Assembly (NCBI GenBank): GCA_965116495.1
Contig: OZ220696.1
Span: forward strand, 1,440,001-1,504,000
Length of the DNA stretch: 64,000 bases
DNA from: Gammaproteobacteria bacterium
Lineage (GTDB): Bacteria > Pseudomonadota > Gammaproteobacteria > Eutrophobiales > Eutrophobiaceae
Reading direction: 5' to 3'
Shown here: in pieces, positions 57,067 to 64,000 of the stretch
Position numbering within the stretch: position 1 is the first letter of the stretch
How the letters are laid out: the number at the start of each line of letters is the position of its first letter
The notes under the pieces: generated by a model
What the model saw: the letters and a program-made list of their open reading frames with translations, nothing else
Database searches by the model: none
What the model was told of the DNA's origin: nothing
Made by a program: the position numbers and the translations under genes

Positions 57067-58604
57067 CTGCCGACAGCCGCGCGGGAAAGAAAAATCGGGA
57101 ACCTGGCCCGCACCTCGGAATCAGTCTCGTCACTGATATGGCGGGGAAAATGGCTGGCGAGAATGTCCCGCTTTTTCTCAATAGCCATTTGCAACATAAC
57201 CGGTTTTCCGCTTTCCTCCCACACGTTCGGGCTGGTGCGATCGCTGAAATCCGGATATATGTATTCGCTTTGCATGACCTTCAAGGTCCGGTCGGAGCCC
57301 AGGTAGTGGCCTTCGCCGCTGTTGCAGACCTGTTTTATTTCATCAAAACTCAGGGTTTCGGGATTAACTTCAATCCCTCTCGTTACCCGCATGGCGGCGC
57401 CCAGCACGTCGTTGTCCAGCAGGAGGCTCTCCGGGCAGGTGCCCAGGAGACTCGCGTACATACCTGCCGATTCGTAGACGAGGTTGGAGCCCGACAACGC
57501 CGCGGCCAGGGTCGTCGCGGCGCGTTCGGCGCCGGCCTGAAAATCCGGGAACTTCGAATCAGTCATGCCGCAGGCCGTACCGAAGGGTAGGTCGTAGACG
57601 TTGCCCATTTGCGCGCAGGCCGCAGACAGCAGCCCCTGTTCGGGCGAACCGCCGCTCATGGCGCCGGTGCGCAGGTCGGAAACGAATGGCCAGGCGCCGA
57701 GAATGGCCGGGGCGCCAGGTTCGATCGCGTTCACGTAGACCAGGCCGCCGAGACATTCGGCCCAGGCCTGGGATACCGCGCCGGCCAGACAGGCCGGCGT
57801 TGTCGCCCCTGCCTGTCCTGCGGACAGGAGCAGCACCGGCATACCGCCCTGCACTGCGATCCGCAAACATTCCAGGGACTCCTGGGCAAACTTCATGGGC
57901 GGCACGACAAAGCAGTTGGATTGACTGACAAACGGTCGCGCCCGCCACTCGGCCTCACCGCCCGCAATGATGTGCAACATTTCCAGGGTTTTTTCAAGAT
58001 GCCAGGATTCGGTCCAGCTCGAAGCCACGTGTTTGCCGGTGCCCATGACAACGCAGTAGGCGGTATTGAGGTCCATTTCGTAATTGTCAGCTATATCCCG
58101 CAACACACAGGTGCGCTGGAACATGTGTATGTGTTCACAGGTGTCGGCGATGCGCGCCATGTCGTAGAGGTCCTGTGCCGTCGACTCGCGGTACAGGTTG
58201 TTTTCAGGGTCGGCTATCATGACCGCGGCGCCGGCCGTTGCGAAGTGGACCTTGCTGCCGCTGAGGTGTAAATCGTGTGCGGGGTCCTGGCCGTGCAGCA
58301 CCAGGTTGCGTCTGGAAAGGCCCATGGCGCCTTCGACCACGGCTCTCGGCATTCTGAGACGGCCGTCATCGCCGAGCACGGCGCCGACGCCGGTACAGGT
58401 CTCTATGCAGTGGGGTGTCGCGTCGCCGAAGCCGACTTCTTCCAGAATCCTGAAGACGTTATCGTTTATCGCTGCGATATCCGCATCCTTCAGAGGCCGG
58501 AATTGTCCGCCGACTTCGCCAGGGTGAACGGGCTTGAGTTCAGCGGCCAGCGGTGCGCTGCGCAATGCCCTGCGCGCCTTTCTCCCACCGGATTGTCTTG
58601 CCAT
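57060..58604 (-). CDS. Non-pyrrolysine trimethylamine methyltransferase family (MttB/MtgB-like)
   Basis: AGQAGATTPA, DLRTGAMSGG, CGMTDSKFPD (Met at the approximate Pyl position), GHYLG. Confidence 0.88.
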   Translation of the reverse strand: MARQSGGRKARRALRSAPLAAELKPVHPGEVGGQFRPLKDADIAAINDNVFRILEEVGFGDATPHCIETCTGVGAVLGDDGRLRMPRAVVEGAMGLSRRNLVLHGQDPAHDLHLSGSKVHFATAGAAVMIADPENNLYRESTAQDLYDMARIADTCEHIHMFQRTCVLRDIADNYEMDLNTAYCVVMGTGKHVASSWTESWHLEKTLEMLHIIAGGEAEWRARPFVSQSNCFVVPPMKFAQESLECLRIAVQGGMPVLLLSAGQAGATTPACLAGAVSQAWAECLGGLVYVNAIEPGAPAILGAWPFVSDLRTGAMSGGSPEQGLLSAACAQMGNVYDLPFGTACGMTDSKFPDFQAGAERAATTLAAALSGSNLVYESAGMYASLLGTCPESLLLDNDVLGAAMRVTRGIEVNPETLSFDEIKQVCNSGEGHYLGSDRTLKVMQSEYIYPDFSDRTSPNVWEESGKPVMLQMAIEKKRDILASHFPRHISDETDSEVRARFPIFLSRAAVGRN

Positions 58605-58729
58605 CGCCGTTCTCTCCAGGGTTGGATTAAACCATCTCAGCAAAGCCGGGGAAATTATGGCAGATTGGCATGGAACGCGTCAATTCCCGAATTAACACCC
58701 ATGTGCTTGATCTAGTACTCTTTCCAGGA

Positions 58730-59467
58730 TCAGGCGCTGATGATTCCCCGTGTGCGTACAAGGCGCGTGCCGGTGTCGGCTGCTTCCGCAGCATCCCGGC
58801 AATATGCATCGGCGCCGACTGCCCTGCCGAACTCCTCGTTCAGAGGGGCGCCGCCGACCATGACGATATAATCATTGCGAATGTTTTGTGAGACCATCTC
58901 GTCAACCACGACTTTCATGTACGGCATGGTGGTGGTGAGCAGGGCGGACATCCCAAGAATGTCCGGCTGATGCTGTTCCAGGGCGGCAAAATAGTCTTCA
59001 ACGCTGTTGTTGATGCCGAGATTGATGACTTCAAATCCGGCCCCTTCCATCATCATCCCCACCAGGTTCTTACCGATGTCGTGGATGTCGCCCTTGACGG
59101 TGCCGATCACCATCTTGCCGATGGGTTTCGCCCCCGTTTCCGCCAGCAGCGGGCGTAACACTGCCATCCCGCCCTTCATGGCATTGGCCGCCAGCAACAC
59201 CTCCGGCACGAATAATATCCCGTCACGGAAATCAATACCCACGATTTGCATGCCGCCCACCAGGGCCTCGTTAAGCACCTTGTCCGCGCCCCAACCCCGG
59301 TCCAGGAGGAGTTGCGTACCCTCTATGATCTCGTCCTTAAGGCCGTCGTAGAGGTCATCGTGCATCTGTTCCACCAGTTCCGTGTCGTCCAGTTCGGACA
59401 GGACGAAGTCATCGTCCTGCTCGTCGTTCCAGATTTCTGCAGCGGCTTCTATATTCATTGCTGTCAT
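58730..59467 (-). CDS. Corrinoid (B12-binding) protein
   Basis: FVPEVLLAA, GTVKGDIHDIGKNLV (DxHxxG), SALLTTT, VGGAP. Confidence 0.92.
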   Translation of the reverse strand: MTAMNIEAAAEIWNDEQDDDFVLSELDDTELVEQMHDDLYDGLKDEIIEGTQLLLDRGWGADKVLNEALVGGMQIVGIDFRDGILFVPEVLLAANAMKGGMAVLRPLLAETGAKPIGKMVIGTVKGDIHDIGKNLVGMMMEGAGFEVINLGINNSVEDYFAALEQHQPDILGMSALLTTTMPYMKVVVDEMVSQNIRNDYIVMVGGAPLNEEFGRAVGADAYCRDAAEAADTGTRLVRTRGIISA

Positions 59468-59494
59468 GCCCCGTGAGTTAAGGTTAAAGAAGCG

Positions 59495-59716
59495 CTGATC
59501 AAGTCCGTCCAGGACTTGATCAGAACAAGGAAAACAAAAATGCGATTTTTGTTTTCACTCCCTACATCCCTGTAGCTTGCCGCAAAGCGGCAACAGCAAC
59601 TTGTTGTGCAAATCGGCTTTCCTGCCGATTTGTCCTTCCAAAATCAATGACTATGTATCATTGATTTTGGTGGTACATCCCGTACCGCAGAAACCTCAGA
59701 CTTAATCAGAGGTTCC
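59495..59716. repeat. Multi-hairpin MITE-like or structured element
   Basis: At least 7 consecutive hairpins; near-terminal IR CTGATCAAGTC/GACTTAATCAG. Confidence 0.6.
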
Positions 59717-59917
59717 TGAAGGGAGTACGGTTTTAACTCTGCCCGCTTTCCTGAACGGCAATTTCGCGCAAGTCTGGATTAGCTGGTAATTTCGTGTATA
59801 TGGCAACACGACGTTGTTACATGCATATGCGACATATATCGTTACCGGCGGACGCTCGACAACCTGACGCTGCAGATTCCGGCGGGCCAGGATAATGCGC
59901 TCCCTGGCGTTTTCGGG

Positions 59918-61264
59918 TTAAATAAACACAAACCTGGCCAGGAAGATCAGCACCAGAAACCAGACGCCGGCAGAAATCTCCCTGAATTTACCGCTTGCCA
60001 GTTTGACGCTGACGTAGGTAATAAAGCCCACGGCAATGCCGTCAGCAATGGAGAAGGTCAACGGGATCGCCACGATAGTCAGCAACGCCGGGACCAGTTC
60101 GGTGGCATCCTCCCAGTCCAGTTCGCGCATGCCGCCCAGCATCAGCATGGCCACAAACAGCAGCGCCCCTGATGTCGCGAATTCAGGCACCATCTGCGCC
60201 AACGGGGCAAAGAATACCGCCAGCAGGAACAGGATACCCACCGTTACCGCGCTGAGTCCGGTGCGGCCGCCGCTGGCAATGCCCGCTACGCTTTCCACGT
60301 AGCTGGTGACCGGGGTACAGCCGAGACAGGCGCCCACCACGCTGGAGGAACTGTCAGCCTTAAGCGCACGCTCCAGGTTTTGTACCCTGCCCCCGGTGTC
60401 GATCAAACCGGCCCGTTGTGCAACTCCCATCAGGGTGCCGGTGGTATCGAACAGGTTGACGAACAGGAAGGCCGCCACCACGCTGATCATGGTTACATCC
60501 AGGGCGCCCGCAATGTCCAGTTGCAAGAAGGTTGCGGCCATATCCGGCGGCGCTGAAACCAGGCCCTGGTAGGATACCAGCCCGGTGAGCAGCCCGGCAG
60601 CGGTTATCGCCAGGATGCCCAGCATGATGGCCCCGGGCACCCCCCTCACCCCCAGGCCGGCTATCAGCAGGAAACCGACAGCAGCCAGCAGTGGTTCGGG
60701 CCGGGTCAGGTCGCCGAGAGTCAGGATAGTTGCGGGGTCGGCCACGACCAGCCCACCGTTCTGCAAGCCGATAAAGCCGATGAACAGGCCCACCCCGCAC
60801 CCCATGGCAAAACGCAGGTTCATGGGAATGCTGTTCAGCATCCAGCCGCGCAGGCGGGTAACGCTGATGATCACGAACAGCACGCTGGAAAGAAACACCG
60901 CCCCCAAACCGACCTGCCAACTGTGGCCCATGCTGCCCACCACCGTGTACGTGAAAAATGCATTCATGCCCATACCCGGCGCCAGGCCGACCGGCCAGTT
61001 CGCATACAGGCCCATGACCAGACAGGCCAGGGCGGAGGCCAGGCAGGTGGCGACAAAACTGGCGCCCTGATCGATCCCGGCGGCGGCCATCATCTGCGGA
61101 TTGACGAAGATAATATAGGCCATGGTGACGAAGGTGGTAAGACCTGCCAGGACTTCGGTACTGATCTTCGTGCCATGCTCCGACAGTCTGAACCGGCGCT
61201 CCAACAGGGTGGTGATTATATAAGGGACGGACTTGAGTCCGTCTCCGGACACGGTGTTTGTCAT
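59918..61264 (-). CDS. NCS2/AzgA-family purine permease
   Basis: EVLAGLTTF, APGMGMNAFF, FDTTGTL, YVESVAGIASGGRTG, PLTFSIADG. Confidence 0.92.
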   Translation of the reverse strand: MTNTVSGDGLKSVPYIITTLLERRFRLSEHGTKISTEVLAGLTTFVTMAYIIFVNPQMMAAAGIDQGASFVATCLASALACLVMGLYANWPVGLAPGMGMNAFFTYTVVGSMGHSWQVGLGAVFLSSVLFVIISVTRLRGWMLNSIPMNLRFAMGCGVGLFIGFIGLQNGGLVVADPATILTLGDLTRPEPLLAAVGFLLIAGLGVRGVPGAIMLGILAITAAGLLTGLVSYQGLVSAPPDMAATFLQLDIAGALDVTMISVVAAFLFVNLFDTTGTLMGVAQRAGLIDTGGRVQNLERALKADSSSSVVGACLGCTPVTSYVESVAGIASGGRTGLSAVTVGILFLLAVFFAPLAQMVPEFATSGALLFVAMLMLGGMRELDWEDATELVPALLTIVAIPLTFSIADGIAVGFITYVSVKLASGKFREISAGVWFLVLIFLARFVFI

Positions 61265-61530
61265 GATGCCAACAGGTTACAGGGATGGCAACCGGTTTTC
61301 CAGCCTGCTACGTGTGCCGGGATGATTTGAGCCGCCTGGAGGTATTGCGCAGAAAAGGCCGGGACCACCGTCAGACCTGATATTCGGGAATCTGTCCTGT
61401 GAGCCTGGGGCGGGTATGTATCTTTATTCCAACAATGTCGTATATAGTATAAAAAAGTCGAATTTTTATTTGTATTCAGACTTCCCTTTACCTATAATTG
61501 GCAGATAATCAAAAAACCAAGGGGAATACC

Positions 61531-64000
61531 ATGCCCAATAGGGTTGATATCAAACGGAATAAACTGAGCTACGCGATACTGTCCGCCATTACAGCAACGG
61601 CCGTCAGCGCACCGGCCAGTGCCCAGATTGAGGAAATAATCGTAACCGCAACCAAACGCGCCGAATCCACCCAGGATATTCCTGTATCGGTATCGGCCCT
61701 GCAAGGTGAAGACCTCCAGGAACTGCGCATCAGCACCTTCGATGATTATGTCAGGTACTTGCCCAACGTGGTGACCATGGGTACGGGACCGGGACAAAGC
61801 GAGCTCTACATTCGCGGCGCGGCCACAGAACAGTCGAAAGTCACCATCTCCGCGATCCAGGGATCGGCGCCGGCGGTGGCATTGTACGTGGATGAGATGC
61901 CGGTCGCCTTCGGCGGACGCAACCTCGACGTTTATGCGACAGACCTCAACCGTATCGAAGTGTTGCCGGGACCCCAGGGCACCCTGTTCGGCGCCAGTTC
62001 CCAGTCCGGCACGGTACGGCTGATCACCAATAAACCGGTCCAGGGCGAATTCCAGGCCGGCGCCAGTGCCGATGTTTCCACCACCAGGGGTGGAGATGTC
62101 AGCAACTCCCAGGAAGCCTACCTCAACGTGGCCCTGACGGACGACCTGGCGGTGCGCATTGCCGCCTACCATGACAACCAGGCCGGTTGGATCGACAACA
62201 TCAGCAACCTCGACGGCAGCGGTAATGTTATCCCGGGTGGTTTCGAAACCAACGACGGTGGTCTTGTCACCGTGCTTAACCGAAATACCGCGAATGTTTC
62301 AGCAGGATTTATTCATCCGGACAGCCCCGTCGAAGCGGCGGACAACAGCGCACTGGTTGAAGAGGACTTTAACGATGCCGAATATATCGGCGGACGCATC
62401 AGCCTGGCTTACGAGCCCACGGATAACTTTGGCCTGCTGGTGCAGCACACACAGCAGTCACTGGAGACGGACGGAGTGTTCGCCTACGACCCCAACCTCG
62501 ACGACAAGAGCAGCACGACCCGTTTTACCCGCGATACCAGTGAGGACGATTTCGGTCTGACCACCCTGACCCTCAACGGCCGCATCGGCATGCTGGATAT
62601 GATCTACACCGTCGGCTACCTGGACCGCGAAATGGAGTCTTACATAGACTACACGGACTACACCGCCGGCGGCGGCTACCAGGTGTACTACCTGTGTGCC
62701 CCGGTCAGGGATTGGAGCGGCAACGGCTTTGTGGGTTATGGCGGCACGGTGGGTGTGAGCGAATGCTGGGACCCGGAGGCGCAGTACGCCGATAATAACG
62801 ACAGCAAACGGGTCACCCAGGAGTTTCGCGTCTCCATGCCGGACGACTACCGTATGCGGGTGACTGCAGGCGCGTTCTTTGACGAACAGACAACCAACGG
62901 AACTGCGGCATTCGAGGACGCAGCCACCCAGGACGATGGCGACGGTTCCTGGTTGCCACTGGCTTTGGTAGGCGACCAGGTGCAAGGGACGAACGCCGAT
63001 CCCAATGTGCCATTCAATCCCAAGGTCAGTTTCGTCAACGACTACACCCGCAAGACCGAGCAGATGGCCCTGTTCGGCCAGCTTGATTTTGACATCACGC
63101 CGACGGTCACCGCCAGTTTCGGCGCGCGCTGGTACGATATCGATTTCGATTTCAAGGGTAACAGCAGCTTTTCATTCGGCTGCAAGGACTTTGACGGTGT
63201 GGTCAATGGCGATGATGTTCCATGTGACTCCAGTTTTGGAAGGGGCGGCTTTGACGCCACCAGTCCAACCTCCGGGAACAATGTGACTGCCCGGCTCGCG
63301 GCCCTCGGTGAGGGTACCCTGGAGGCTCTCGCGACCGTCAATGCCGATGCCTGCCGGCCTGACGCCCCCAGGTGTCGTGGCGGTACCGGGGATACGTTCA
63401 GCTCCAGTGCAGAGGACGTACTGGCAGACATCCAGAACGGTTCCCTTAATGTCAGTAACCTGGACAGCGATGGTGTCCTGAATGAATCCGACGTCATCTT
63501 CCGGGCTTCTCTGGACTGGAAGGTGACCGACGATATCCTGTTGTTCACCACCTTCGGCCAGGGCTTTCGACCACCGGTGACGAACCGGAATGCCGGCAAA
63601 CGTTCGAACAGGCAAACCGGTCCGTATGAGGGTTACCGTGTGCCGGCCATTGCCTTGACAGACAAGATGGACAACTACGAATGGGGCATCAAGGCGGATT
63701 TATTCGACAATACCTTACGCGTGAACGCCACCGGCTATTATTCAGAGATAGATGACCTGCAGGTATCCCGGTTCGACCCGGCTAACGTGGCCTTCCTGGT
63801 GTTTATCGAGAACGTGGGCGATGCCGAGATACTGGGGGCTGACGGTGATTTTACCTGGGCGCCCACAGCGAACCTGACGATCGCCGGTGCCTTCAGTTTC
63901 GTCGACAGCGAGATCACCCGCCTCAACCCGCAACTGGACGGGATTTCCGTACCGGTTGGCAGCGAACTGCCGTTCACCCCGGACTTTTCCGGCAGCCTGC
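61531..64000 (+). CDS. TonB-dependent receptor (3'-truncated by the window; absent from the ORF track)
   Basis: ATG after AAGGGGAA. Reads MPNRVDIKRNKLSYAILSAITATAVSAPASAQIEEIIVTATKRAES...DLNRIEVLPGPQGTLFG and appears open to the window end. Confidence 0.9.
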   Translation, partial: MPNRVDIKRNKLSYAILSAITATAVSAPASAQIEEIIVTATKRAESTQDIPVSVSALQGEDLQELRISTFDDYVRYLPNVVTMGTGPGQSELYIRGAATEQSKVTISAIQGSAPAVALYVDEMPVAFGGRNLDVYATDLNRIEVLPGPQGTLFGASSQSGTVRLITNKPVQGEFQAGASADVSTTRGGDVSNSQEAYLNVALTDDLAVRIAAYHDNQAGWIDNISNLDGSGNVIPGGFETNDGGLVTVLNRNTANVSAGFIHPDSPVEAADNSALVEEDFNDAEYIGGRISLAYEPTDNFGLLVQHTQQSLETDGVFAYDPNLDDKSSTTRFTRDTSEDDFGLTTLTLNGRIGMLDMIYTVGYLDREMESYIDYTDYTAGGGYQVYYLCAPVRDWSGNGFVGYGGTVGVSECWDPEAQYADNNDSKRVTQEFRVSMPDDYRMRVTAGAFFDEQTTNGTAAFEDAATQDDGDGSWLPLALVGDQVQGTNADPNVPFNPKVSFVNDYTRKTEQMALFGQLDFDITPTVTASFGARWYDIDFDFKGNSSFSFGCKDFDGVVNGDDVPCDSSFGRGGFDATSPTSGNNVTARLAALGEGTLEALATVNADACRPDAPRCRGGTGDTFSSSAEDVLADIQNGSLNVSNLDSDGVLNESDVIFRASLDWKVTDDILLFTTFGQGFRPPVTNRNAGKRSNRQTGPYEGYRVPAIALTDKMDNYEWGIKADLFDNTLRVNATGYYSEIDDLQVSRFDPANVAFLVFIENVGDAEILGADGDFTWAPTANLTIAGAFSFVDSEITRLNPQLDGISVPVGSELPFTPDFSGSL

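Noticed and set aside
57060-58604. Pyrrolysine recoding in the MttB-family gene
   Set aside because: There is no in-frame TAG; Met occupies the approximate Pyl position.
59468-59917. Cobalamin riboswitch upstream of the corrinoid gene
   Set aside because: No B12-box or GCCACTG/GGGAAG core was found on either strand.

Overview
Bacterial DNA, probably Gammaproteobacteria judging by the protein families; no rRNA, tRNA or CRISPR array was seen. (1) 1-7.5 kb is a defence-like patch: an AbiEi/AbiEii type IV TA pair, an orphan PDR/VanB-type ferredoxin domain, a 1726-aa DEDD-exonuclease/RecQ/UvrD fusion and an Xre-RES TA pair. (2) 7.6-15 kb holds a VanA/DdmC-like Rieske oxygenase, a sulfatase, an internally deleted alkyl-sulfatase pseudogene, a Tat/GMC oxidoreductase pair and a DUF6152 pair. 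(3) 15-44 kb is mostly one ~25-kb minus-strand catabolic run. In order it carries a GST, a GlcG protein, dmpC-E-F-G-H, a YCF48/MMPL/DUF1302/DUF1329 envelope module, an HCCA-isomerase-like protein, a cobalamin-dependent catabolic reductive dehalogenase (NpRdhA type), a flavin phenol hydroxylase, a second DUF1329, a ferredoxin, an intradiol dioxygenase and mct-typA-meh, with mcd just beyond an inverted MFS gene. A divergent GntR regulator sits upstream, and an ATATCGATAT-type palindrome recurs at three promoters, including that of the distant Rieske gene. (4) 44-64 kb is a nitrogen/methylamine block: a sigma54-type promoter, a TonB receptor coupled to ureDABCEFG, two GcvT-family dehydrogenases, a non-pyrrolysine MttB-family methyltransferase with its corrinoid protein, an NCS2 permease and a second TonB receptor running off the window. 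Intergenic DNA is rich in palindromic REP/MITE-like families, including heptamer-array elements that rewrite protein C-termini. The best candidate for an undescribed system is an aerobic, B12-dependent haloaromatic catabolic regulon. All calls come from motif recognition only; no searches were run.
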